This document shows positions 20,390 to 28,898 of a stretch of DNA of 64,000 bases, in pieces. Every line of letters starts with the position of its first letter. The stretch's first letter is position 1. A model generated the notes under the pieces. It worked only from the letters and a program-made list of their open reading frames with translations. It did no database searches and was not told the DNA's origin. A program made the translations under genes and the position numbers. Origin of the DNA: a bacterium (GTDB taxonomy: Bacteria; UBA8248); the NCBI GenBank assembly GCA_965199855.1, contig OZ241326.1:2048001-2112000 (forward strand), in the 5' to 3' direction.

Positions 20390-21289
20390 TCACTTGAAAG
20401 CGGTAATCAGCGCCCCGCCCGCCACGACCATCAGCGCCGCCAGGATGAGGCGGGAGGTGATGCGCTCCAGGCTGCCCAGGAAGAGGTAGGTCCACAAGAC
20501 GACCCACAAGGGCACGAGCCTGCTCAGGGGCAGGACCGTGGAGACGGGAGCGACGCTCATCGCCGTCCAGAACATGGCCGCGGCCGCCGTCGTCGTGAGC
20601 GCGGCGAACAGAAACCACCGAACCGCCCTGGCGTCCGCCTTCAACTCTCCCCCGCCCGGCAACAAGGGGCGCGTCGCCAGCAAAAGCAGGGTTCCGCCGG
20701 AGAAGGCGCAGGCGAACCCCACAATCGGGGTGCGCTGGTAGGAGAATGCGTAGTTCGCCAGCACGGGCAGGATGCCGTAGGAAAGGGCGGACGCGAGCGG
20801 ATAGACGAGCGCGCCCCGGAAAAAGCTTCGGAAGCTCTGCTCATCGCGCCGCTCCGACGCGGACAGAAGGCATACGCCGGCCACGATGAGGAGCGTCCCG
20901 ACGCCCACCGCGGCGCCCGGCCGCTCCCCCAGAAAAATCATGGCGAAGGTGACGGAGAATATGGGGGTGGATGACTGTATCGGAACGGAGCGGCTCACCC
21001 CCATCTTCTCGATGCCGATGGCGTTCGTAATCTGCCCGATGCCCTGTCCCATGCAGCCGCCGATCAGATAGAGCAGCACGGGAACGAGGGTGGACTTCTG
21101 GAGGGTGCCGAGCGATGCGGCGATGACGAACCCCGCCGCGGCGACCGTCGCGTTCAGAATCAGGACGCCGGCTATCGGGGTCGCGCTGCGCACCCCCTGG
21201 CGAATCCCGATGAGTGATACCGAATACGACAGGGAAGCGCCAATCGCCAGCATTTCTCCCAGGCCGGTTTGCGCGAATAAGCCCGACAT
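20390..21289 (-). CDS. DMT/EamA family transporter (paralog of the neighbour)
   Basis: About 10 TMs, FLGERP; visibly similar to 19433-20338. Confidence 0.88.
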   Translation of the reverse strand: MSGLFAQTGLGEMLAIGASLSYSVSLIGIRQGVRSATPIAGVLILNATVAAAGFVIAASLGTLQKSTLVPVLLYLIGGCMGQGIGQITNAIGIEKMGVSRSVPIQSSTPIFSVTFAMIFLGERPGAAVGVGTLLIVAGVCLLSASERRDEQSFRSFFRGALVYPLASALSYGILPVLANYAFSYQRTPIVGFACAFSGGTLLLLATRPLLPGGGELKADARAVRWFLFAALTTTAAAAMFWTAMSVAPVSTVLPLSRLVPLWVVLWTYLFLGSLERITSRLILAALMVVAGGALITAFK

Positions 21290-21553
21290 AGATAATCCAT
21301 CGCTCCGGCAGGGAGGATTGCGGCTTTCATCGCCCGGGCGGGGCATGATCCCGGCGGAATGGACGGGCGTCGCCGACGCGGGAGAGCAGAAGCTTTCGGG
21401 CGTCGCCCGCGCGAGCCTGCACCGGACTATACACCGCGAATCCCTCCGGGGCGAGGAGGCGGACGTAAGCCGTCTGGGCGCGCCGTCATCGCAAGGGTAG
21501 AATGCGCGGGTTCAGCCGCCATGATTCTTCATTCTGCGAAACGGGAGGCGGAA

Positions 21554-21865
21554 ATGACGGACGGGAGAGTGTTCCTCATCGCGTGGCTCAAGCCCAGGCC
21601 CGGAAAAGAGAGCGAACTGGCCGCGCTTCTTCAGGGAATGTGCGCGCCCTCGCGCGCGGAGGAGGGCTGCGCATTCTACAGTCTCTTCAAGGCCGCGGAG
21701 GAGGGAGGCGCCTTTCACTTCATCGAATGCTGGAAGACGCAGGCGGCGCTGGACGCGCACCGAGAGGAGCCGCACTATAGGGATTTTCGCGCCAAACTGC
21801 CCGATCTGCTCGCGGAGCCCGTGGGCGTGAAGGTTCTGGAAGCCGTTGATTCGACGCTTGGATGA
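21554..21865 (+). CDS. Antibiotic biosynthesis monooxygenase / putative quinol monooxygenase
   Basis: SRAEEGC, ECW...ALDAHREEPH; GGAGG RBS before ATG 21554. Confidence 0.88.
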   Translation: MTDGRVFLIAWLKPRPGKESELAALLQGMCAPSRAEEGCAFYSLFKAAEEGGAFHFIECWKTQAALDAHREEPHYRDFRAKLPDLLAEPVGVKVLEAVDSTLG

Positions 21866-21890
21866 TTCCCGCACGGCGGGACGGATTCGC

Positions 21891-22685
21891 CTACCAGAGC
21901 GACTTCAGCCTGCCGCCGTCCAAGTTCAGGGAAACTCCGGTGATGTAGCTCGCCCGCGCGGAGCAGAGAAAGGCGATGGCGTCGGCCAGCTCCTCCGGCC
22001 TGCCGAAGCGGCCCAGCGCGTTCCTGCGCGCCGCCCGGCGCCGCGCCTCCTCCTCGGAGTCGGCGCCCAGCTCGGCGGCCAGCCCCCGGGCGTTCATTCT
22101 CCAGAGCTCGGTGTCCACCCAGCCGGGGCACACCGCGTTCACGTGAATCCCCCATTCCCCGAATTCCGCGGAAAGCGACTTCGTCATGTTCAGGAGCGCG
22201 CTGTTCGTCATCCCGCTCCCGAACATATAGGGGTCAGGCTCTTTTCCCGCCCCGCCGATGACGTTCACGACGCGCCCCCACCCCTTGGCGCGCATCCCCG
22301 GCGCCACGAGGCGTATGAGACGCAGAAAGCCGAACAGCTTGGTATCCAGCTGGGCCTGCAGGGCGGCGTCATCGAGCGCGTCGAACCTGCCGGAGCTCAT
22401 GGTGCCGGCGTTGTTCACCAGAATGTCAATCGCTCCCAGCCTCTCCCGCGCCTTCTCCACCAGCGGCGCGAGTTCCGGCCCGTTCGAGACGTCCGCCGCG
22501 GCGAAGCCGACCTCGCCTCCCGTCTCCCCGGCGAGCTCCGCGCAGGTTCGCGCAAGAGCGTCCCGGCTCCTCGCGCAGATGAAGACCCGCGCGCCCTCCT
22601 CCAGCAAGCGCTTCGCCGTCTCCCGCCCGATGCCCCGGCTGCCGCCCGTCACCAGCGCCGCTTTTCCCCGTATCCCAAGGTCCAC
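21891..22685 (-). CDS. Short-chain dehydrogenase/reductase (atypical active site)
   Basis: TGGSRGIG, NNAG, VNAVCPG; SGMTN replaces YxxxK. Confidence 0.9.
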   Translation of the reverse strand: MDLGIRGKAALVTGGSRGIGRETAKRLLEEGARVFICARSRDALARTCAELAGETGGEVGFAAADVSNGPELAPLVEKARERLGAIDILVNNAGTMSSGRFDALDDAALQAQLDTKLFGFLRLIRLVAPGMRAKGWGRVVNVIGGAGKEPDPYMFGSGMTNSALLNMTKSLSAEFGEWGIHVNAVCPGWVDTELWRMNARGLAAELGADSEEEARRRAARRNALGRFGRPEELADAIAFLCSARASYITGVSLNLDGGRLKSLW

Positions 22686-22750
22686 GCCGATTTTCCCGTC
22701 AAAAGGGCGTCATGCGCCGCGAAGCGCCCGCCGCGCGGCCATTTCTGGGC

Positions 22751-23350
22751 TCAGCCCGCCGTCCCCGAAGCCTGCGCGGCCTCGCCCCATTCCCGCCACC
22801 GCACGATGTCGTCGGGCGCCTCCACCGGATTGTGGAAGCCGTCCTGCAGGCGGTTCCAGGCGTTGAACAGACAGGTGAACAGCGTCAGTTCGACAATCTC
22901 CCTTTCGCTGAAAAACTCCTTCAGCGGAGCGAAGGAGGCGTCATCCGAGGGCGCTGTGTTCCTCGTCAGGGCGGACGCCCACCGAATCACCGCCTTCTCC
23001 CTCTCGTCGAACAAGTCGCTGCTTTCCCATCCCTCGACTATCAGGGCGACGTGCTCGTCCGTCAGACCCGCAGCTTGACCAAGCTTGACGTTGTGGTTCG
23101 TTCATATTTCGCAGTCGTTGATGAGCGAGGGCGTGAGAATCGCCAGCTGCATCAGGCGCATTCTGGCGGGTTCGCCCCGCCACTGGCTCCTGAGCGCGAC
23201 GGTGAGGGCGATGATGTGCCGCAGCGCCTCGGGTGAATGCGCGAGCGCCCGGTAGAAGCTGGGCACCGTCCCCCAGGTTTTTCTCGATTTCTCAAACAGC
23301 GGCTCGTGCGCGCCTTCGACGTCATCGGCTACCGGCGTGATTCTGGGCAT
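22751..23350 (-). CDS. AhpD/carboxymuconolactone decarboxylase family selenoprotein (CxxU), 199 aa
   Basis: Track ORFs 23102..23881 and 22751..23014 share a frame and are separated only by TGA 23102-23104. Read-through gives ...INDCEI-U-TNHNVKLGQAAGLTDEHV...FDEREKAVIRWA, a complete CMD fold with U at the second Cys of CxxC. Confidence 0.85.
23060..23090 (-). promoter_or_regulatory. Putative bacterial SECIS hairpin
   Basis: CGTCA-AGCTT-GGTC-AAGCT-(7-nt bulge)-TGACG; the G-initiated apical loop starts 22 nt after the UGA. Confidence 0.65.
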
Positions 23351-23453
23351 TTCTGGCTCCTTGTCCTCGGGGATTCGCGGGCGCCGCGCGGACGCTTTGT
23401 CCCTTTTTAGCAGACTTCGGCGCCCGCCGCCATCGAAAGCCCCGGCTTCGCCT

Positions 23454-23482
23454 TTGCCACGCGGTTCGCCCCCTGCTATAAG
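23454..23482 (+). promoter_or_regulatory. Putative sigma70 promoter for the PIG-L/AOR genes
   Basis: TTGCCA-N17-TATAAG with an extended -10 TG. Confidence 0.45.
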
Positions 23483-23528
23483 TCGGGACGCCGCGAGAAC
23501 GGCCGCCGAATCGCCGAAGGAAGCGTCA

Positions 23529-24239
23529 ATGGACCACGAAAGAATCCTCATCATCGCCGCCCACCCGGACGACATCGAATTCCGCGCCGCGGGCGCCGTC
23601 GCCAGATGGACGCGCGAGGGCCGGCGCGTGGAATACTGCCTGGCCACGAGCGGGGACAAGGGCGTGAACGGCCACAGGGCGCGCTCCATGACGATTGAGG
23701 AGAAGCGCGCCGTTCGGGAGGCCGAACAGAAGAAAGCGGCCTCCGCCGTGGGCGTGGAGGCCGTCCATTTTCTCCGCCACGCGGACGGGGAGCTCGAGAA
23801 CGCCCCCGCGCTCAGGCGCGATCTGGTGCGGGTGATGCGAAAATCGAGGCCCGGGCTCGTCATCGCCGACGACCCCGCCAAGGACGCCTTCGACAGCTTC
23901 TACGGCTACCACGGCGACCACCGCGCCATCGCCAGGGCGGCCTTCGACGCACTGTATCCCGCCGTCGGAAACGAAAACTACTTCCCCGAGCTGCTCGCCG
24001 AGGGACTGGAGCCCCACAGGCCCCAAGAGGCGTATTTCTCGACGATTCCGGACGCCGACGTGTGGGTCGATATCGCCGATACCTTCGACCTCAAGATAGA
24101 GGCGCTGCGATGCCACGAGAGCCAGCTCGGGGACTACGACGACATGGTTTCCCACCTGCGCGAATGGGCCAAGCGCTCGGGCGAGAGGGGCGGCCTCGCG
24201 TGCGCCGAGTGCTTCAGGCGCATGGAGGTGCCGCAGTAG
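23529..24239 (+). CDS. PIG-L/LmbE family N-acetyl deacetylase
   Basis: AAHPDDIE, HGDH, ALRCHESQ motifs. Confidence 0.9.
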   Translation: MDHERILIIAAHPDDIEFRAAGAVARWTREGRRVEYCLATSGDKGVNGHRARSMTIEEKRAVREAEQKKAASAVGVEAVHFLRHADGELENAPALRRDLVRVMRKSRPGLVIADDPAKDAFDSFYGYHGDHRAIARAAFDALYPAVGNENYFPELLAEGLEPHRPQEAYFSTIPDADVWVDIADTFDLKIEALRCHESQLGDYDDMVSHLREWAKRSGERGGLACAECFRRMEVPQ

Positions 24240-24321
24240 CCCGCCGCCCCTCTTTTCACGAGGCGCGCGAGCGGCTACACTGGGGCCTCGCGCGCGTCAC
24301 CCGAAAGCCTTAGGAGCGCAC

Positions 24322-26184
24322 ATGCTCGGATACCAAGGAAAAATCCTGCACGTCGACCTGACCGGCCGCGCGTCCCGCGTCGAGGAGCTGGACGAGTCCA
24401 TGGCCCGCCTGTTTCTGGGCGGAAACGGCTTCGGCGCCAAAATTCTCTGGGATCGCCTGAACCCGGGTGTCGATCCGCTCTCGCCGGAGAACGTCATCGT
24501 CTTCGCCGTGGGGCCCTATACGGACTCCGCCGTCCCCAGCGCGAGCCGGGCGTGCGCCGCCGCCGTCAGCCCGCTCACGGGGCTGTTCTTCGACAGCACC
24601 TTCGGGGGCGCCTGGCCCATCACCCTGAAGCGCACCGGACACGACGCCCTGGTGCTGTCCGGACGCGCCGATTCGCTCACGTATCTCCTGATCACCGAAA
24701 GCGGCGTGGAGTTCCGGGACGCGGCCGACTTGCGGGGAAAGCGGATTCGGGAGACGTGCGACGCCGTCTCGGAGCGCGAGGGCGGCGCCGACGCGCTCGC
24801 CATCGGGCCCGCGGGGGAGAACCGGGTGCGCTTCGCGGCGATGGCGCACACTTGGCGAAAGAGCCGCGACGGCATCAGCGGACGCGGCGGCATGGCGGCC
24901 GTCCTGGGCAGCAAGAACGTCAAGGCCATCGCCCTGCGCGGCCGGGCGAAAACCGGATTCGCGGACCCCAAGGCGCTCCGCGCCTTCGTGAACGACACCG
25001 CGGAGGACGTCCGCACGGGCACGGCGGCGCTCCACAAATACGGCACGCCGATTCTCGTCAACATGATCAACAAGATGGGCGCGCTCGGCACGCGCAACCT
25101 CATGTCCGAGATTTTCGAGAACTGCGAGCCCATCAGCGGCGAATACATGCGCGAGAACTTTCTGGACAAGGACACCACCTGCCTGAAATGCCCGGTGGCG
25201 TGCGGCAAGGACTACGTGATGAAGGGCGGCGCGTTCGACGGGCTGAAATGGAAGCTCCCCGAATACGAGACCATCTTCGCCCTGGGGACCATGCTGGGCA
25301 TCGGCGATCCGGGCGTCCTGCTCCGGGCCAACATGCTGTGCGACGAGCTGGGGCTGGACACCATATCCGCCGGCGTCACGCTCTCGCTCGCCTTCGAGTG
25401 CTTCGAGAAGGGGCTGCTGGGCGAGGCGGAGGTGGGCGCGCCGCTCGAATGGGGCGATTCGGCGACCATGCTGAGGCTTCTCGAGGACATGGCCCACCGC
25501 CGGGGCTTCGGCGACAGGCTCGCGGAGGGCGGCAGGCGCCTGGCGCGGGAGATAGGCGGCGAGGCGCCCGACCTCCTCTACGCCGCCCGGGGGCTCGAGC
25601 TTCCCGCCCACAGCGCCCGCGCGCTCAAGGGCATGTCCATCGGCTACGCCACGGGCACGCGGGGCGGCAGCCACCACGACACCCGCCCCACCCTGCAATA
25701 CGCCTCGGATCACGACAACACCTCGACGGAGGGTAAGCCCGCCTTCGCCGTCCGCACGCAGAACTTCACCGCGCTCGGCGACTCCATCACCCAGTGCCGC
25801 TTCACGGCCGAGCGCGGCTACGGAGCGATGGTCAACGAGAAATACGCCCGCATGCTGAACCTCGTCACCGGCTGGGACGCGACCGAGCGGGAGCTCGAGG
25901 AGACGGGCGAGCGCATCTGCAACCTCGAGCGCGCCCTCCACGCGCGCGAGGGCGTCGCCCGCGCCCAGGACGCCCTGCCCCACAGGGTGATGCACGAGCC
26001 CATCCCCGACGGGCCGCACAAGGGAATGCGCTGCCCGCCCGAGGAGCTCGAGGCGATGAAGGATGAGTTCTACGCCATCCGGGGCTGGGACGAGAACGGC
26101 GTCCCCACCGCCAAGACGCTGAAAAGACTGAAATTGGACGACGTGGCCGACGCCCTGGCCGCGGCGCCGAACGGAGCGGGCTGA
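24322..26184 (+). CDS. Aldehyde:ferredoxin oxidoreductase family (tungstopterin) enzyme
   Basis: GRGGMAAVLGSKNVKAI, CLKCPVAC, PEYET, DELGLDTIS, GSHH, YAIRGWDENGVPT. Confidence 0.93.
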   Translation: MLGYQGKILHVDLTGRASRVEELDESMARLFLGGNGFGAKILWDRLNPGVDPLSPENVIVFAVGPYTDSAVPSASRACAAAVSPLTGLFFDSTFGGAWPITLKRTGHDALVLSGRADSLTYLLITESGVEFRDAADLRGKRIRETCDAVSEREGGADALAIGPAGENRVRFAAMAHTWRKSRDGISGRGGMAAVLGSKNVKAIALRGRAKTGFADPKALRAFVNDTAEDVRTGTAALHKYGTPILVNMINKMGALGTRNLMSEIFENCEPISGEYMRENFLDKDTTCLKCPVACGKDYVMKGGAFDGLKWKLPEYETIFALGTMLGIGDPGVLLRANMLCDELGLDTISAGVTLSLAFECFEKGLLGEAEVGAPLEWGDSATMLRLLEDMAHRRGFGDRLAEGGRRLAREIGGEAPDLLYAARGLELPAHSARALKGMSIGYATGTRGGSHHDTRPTLQYASDHDNTSTEGKPAFAVRTQNFTALGDSITQCRFTAERGYGAMVNEKYARMLNLVTGWDATERELEETGERICNLERALHAREGVARAQDALPHRVMHEPIPDGPHKGMRCPPEELEAMKDEFYAIRGWDENGVPTAKTLKRLKLDDVADALAAAPNGAG

Positions 26185-26756
26185 GCTCTCGCGACCACGG
26201 CATGGCCTGGCCCTCCGCGGACTGAAAACCTCCCCTCCCCCGGCTCGGAGAACGGGGAATTTCCCCTGAAAACCGGGCGAAAGCCTCACCGGAAGGGCGC
26301 GGATCGTCCCGAAAAAGAGGCTTCTCGCCGAAAAATCGCGCCTTTTCAACGCTCCGAAACGAACCTCGCGCGCACCTGCCCGCATCTGCCCGCATTTGCG
26401 GCTGTGGGAGCGGGGCGGGCCGCGATATATTCCTGACGCGGGAGAGATGCGCCCGCGGGAGGGAGAGAAGGCGGCGAATCGGGGAGCAAAAGAGGGCGTC
26501 AAAAGGGTGGAAAAAGGGTGGAAAACAGCTGCGTATTTGCAGGATAAGGCCGTGAATTTGTATGTTTTTGTCGAAATTCGCAGACGTTCATCCGCGGCTT
26601 TCGCGGCGCGGGCGGAACCTCTCCGGACGCCCGAAAAGTCCCCTCCTCCCCCCGCGAACTTTGTGACGGGGCCGGAGAGCGAAGGCGGGAATGGAATGCG
26701 TCCCGGCGACCCGACGCCGCCCTCCCCTCGGGGAGCGTTCTCGCCCCCCTTTTTTC

Positions 26757-26990
26757 GACGCGAACGCCCTCGAAAACGGGCGGTTCCCGAACCCGCGCGG
26801 CTCAGGACGATCTACGACACGAGATGCGAAAGCCCCCCAAAACGGACGGTTCCCGAACTCCGTGGATGCAGGGGCGCAGGGATGCGGAGATGCGAAAGCC
26901 CCCCAAAACGGACGGTTCCCGAACTGAGGCCGCGCACGTGAAGCCTGCGGCGTGGATGCGAACGCCCTCGAAAGCGGACGGTTCCCGAAC
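26757..26990. CRISPR. Orphan CRISPR-like mini-array: 4 repeats of 36 nt, 3 spacers of 30 nt
   Basis: Repeats start at 26757, 26823, 26889 and 26955 (exact 66-bp period). R2=R3=GATGCGAAAGCCCCCCAAAACGGACGGTTCCCGAAC; R1 and R4 differ from it by 5 and 4 nt. Spacers are mutually unrelated. No cas gene in the window. Confidence 0.65.
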
Positions 26991-26999
26991 CGCCCCTAC
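26976..26999 (-). repeat. GTAG-family REP-like palindrome overlapping the last array repeat
   Basis: Minus strand reads GTAG-GGGCGGTTC-GG-GAACCGTCC: a GTAG tetranucleotide followed by an imperfect palindrome. Confidence 0.55.
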
Positions 27000-27111
27000 G
27001 AAAGGACGGCCGCGGGGGGCTTCCCCGCCATCGGCGGGAAGCGAGGGACGGAACGCGCGAATGCGTCCCATGAAGGGATCGGCAGCCGGTTTCCGGGGAC
27101 GGGAGAGACGC

Positions 27112-27219
27112 CTAGGCCAGGAGGTAGACCGCCGCGCAGACGATGAGCAGGGCGACGGCGGCGACCTTCACGCCGCAGGCGTCCCACCAGAGATGCTTGC
27201 GCTGTCTGTCCTGAACCAT
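27112..27219 (-). CDS. Small single-TM protein (35 aa) at the end of the cytochrome b operon
   Basis: MVQDRQRKHLWWDACGVKVAAVALLIVCAAVYLLA; GGAG RBS; starts 32 bp after the subunit IV stop. Confidence 0.45.
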   Translation of the reverse strand: MVQDRQRKHLWWDACGVKVAAVALLIVCAAVYLLA

Positions 27220-27251
27220 CTTCTCCGCCCGAGCGAAAGGCGCGGGGACGC

Positions 27252-28031
27252 CTAGATGTTGAACCAGGGGGTGACGAGCACGTATTTCACGTTGAAGCCG
27301 ATGCGCAGAATCATCTTCGCCACCAGCCCCATCATCGTCATATACAGGGACGACTTGATGAGATACCGCACGAGCCCCACGTTCTTCATGCGCTCCCGCC
27401 GCCAGAGGTAGTACGCCGGAATCGAGGCGTACCAGAGCAGCACCATCGCCGTCCCCGCCGCCGCCTGGCCCCAGTAGCTGCGGAAGCCCAGCATGTAGGG
27501 CAGGTCCACGTTCGTGAGCGCCACGACCTTGTGCGGATCCCAATACTCCCAGGGCATGAAGAAGTTCCACCCGGGCCCCCGCAGGAAGGTTCCCTGCACC
27601 ACCATCCACACCCACAGCACCAGAAACCCGAACAGGAAGGTGATGATGGCGAACCTGCGCTCGTGGAAGGTGTAGTAGCCGTTTCCCCGCGGGTTCACGT
27701 CGATGTAGGGAATGGCCATCAGCCCCACGATGATGAGGGTGGGCAGCACGACGCCCGCCATCCAGGGGTCGAAATACACGAGCATCTCCTGAAGCCCCAG
27801 GAAATACCACGGCGCCTTCGAGGGGTTCGGCGTGACGGAAGGATTCGCCGGCTCCTCCAGGGGCGCGTCGATGACGATCGACCACACCACCAGCAGGAGG
27901 GTGATGATGATCGCGCACATGAACTCCAGGCGCGTCAGGTAGGGCCACACGTGCACCTTGTCGTTGACCCGCTCCCAGCTCGTCTTCGCCATGTCCCCGG
28001 CCGAGCCGAGCACCCTGTCCTCTTTCGCCAA
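27252..28031 (-). CDS. Cytochrome b/b6 C-terminal subunit (subunit IV-like)
   Basis: PLEEPANPSVTPNPSKAPWYFLGLQE (PEWY-equivalent region), PYID, multiple TMs; TTG start after GGAG. Confidence 0.85.
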   Translation of the reverse strand: MAKEDRVLGSAGDMAKTSWERVNDKVHVWPYLTRLEFMCAIIITLLLVVWSIVIDAPLEEPANPSVTPNPSKAPWYFLGLQEMLVYFDPWMAGVVLPTLIIVGLMAIPYIDVNPRGNGYYTFHERRFAIITFLFGFLVLWVWMVVQGTFLRGPGWNFFMPWEYWDPHKVVALTNVDLPYMLGFRSYWGQAAAGTAMVLLWYASIPAYYLWRRERMKNVGLVRYLIKSSLYMTMMGLVAKMILRIGFNVKYVLVTPWFNI

Positions 28032-28064
28032 TGCTCCCGCCTTTCCCCGCTATGCGACGAAGCT

Positions 28065-28853
28065 CTAGAGCGGCCCCGATATGCCCCCGTCCTTCCGGAT
28101 GCGCCAGAAGTGCACCATCATCAGAATCGACGCTATCAGCGGCACGACGATGCAGTGCAGCACGTAGAAGCGCAGCAGCGTGGGCGGGCCGACGATGGTT
28201 CCGCCCAGAAGCGCCGAGCGCGCGTCGAAGCGCGGGGTCACGCCCACCATTTCGGCGAAGGGCCCCTCGTGCCCCAGCAGGGGCGTGGCGCGCGCCATGT
28301 TGGTTCCCACCGTGACCGCCCAGATGGCCAGCTGATCCCAGGGAAGCAGGTAGCCGGTGAAGCTCAGGAGCAGCGTCAGCGTCAGCAGCAGCACCCCGAC
28401 CACCCAGTTGAATTCCCGGGGCGGCTTGTAGGAGCCCGTCATGAAGACGCGCAGCATGTGCAGCCACACGGCGATGACCATGGCGTGGGCCGCCCATCTG
28501 TGCATGTTCCGCATGAACATTCCGAAGGGGGCGTCGAACTCCAGGAACTTGATGTCGGCGTAGGCGTATTCGCCCACGGGCCGGTAGTAGAACATGAGCA
28601 CTACGCCGGTGACGACGAGATAGAGGAACAGCAGAAAGGTCACGCCGCCCATGCACCACGTGAAGCGGATGCGGATGGCGTGCCGCCTGATTTTCGTCGG
28701 GTGGAGGTGGAGCCAGATGTTGTCCACCACCATGAGAACGCGGTTTCTCGGTGTGTCCTCATACCCGTGACGGAACATCGACCGCCACACCTGGGAATCG
28801 AGAATGCTTCTCTTCGCCTGCTCCAGGCTGAAGCGCTCCTTCAAGCTCGGCAT
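28065..28853 (-). CDS. petB: Cytochrome b6-like N-terminal subunit
   Basis: WCMGG, MHRWAAH...[32 protein letters not shown]...[16 protein letters not shown]. Start ATG 28853 after GGAGG. Confidence 0.92.
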   Translation of the reverse strand: MPSLKERFSLEQAKRSILDSQVWRSMFRHGYEDTPRNRVLMVVDNIWLHLHPTKIRRHAIRIRFTWCMGGVTFLLFLYLVVTGVVLMFYYRPVGEYAYADIKFLEFDAPFGMFMRNMHRWAAHAMVIAVWLHMLRVFMTGSYKPPREFNWVVGVLLLTLTLLLSFTGYLLPWDQLAIWAVTVGTNMARATPLLGHEGPFAEMVGVTPRFDARSALLGGTIVGPPTLLRFYVLHCIVVPLIASILMMVHFWRIRKDGGISGPL

Positions 28854-28898
28854 CTGGAACCTCCGCCCGACCGCGCCGGGCACATGGAAAATCTCGGA

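Noticed and set aside
22751-23350. AhpD-like gene as a nonsense pseudogene or two small genes
   Set aside because: The sole stop is TGA exactly at the catalytic Cys position, followed by a SECIS-like hairpin. Sec is the simpler explanation, pending confirmation of sel genes.
24310-26502. Long antisense or alternate-frame ORFs (e.g. 24310..26502 -, 27531..30017 +, 37396..39936 +, 46433..48820 -, 62625..63998 -)
   Set aside because: They are shadows of well-supported genes, expected from high-GC codon bias, and carry no recognisable motifs.
26396-27255. ORFs crossing the 66-bp repeats (26396..26941, 26691..26927, 26824..27255, 26802..27071) read as a 22-aa repeat protein
   Set aside because: Several frames are open only because the period is a multiple of 3 and GC is high. 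Conservation is limited to 36 of 66 nt at DNA level, and no frame looks like a protein.
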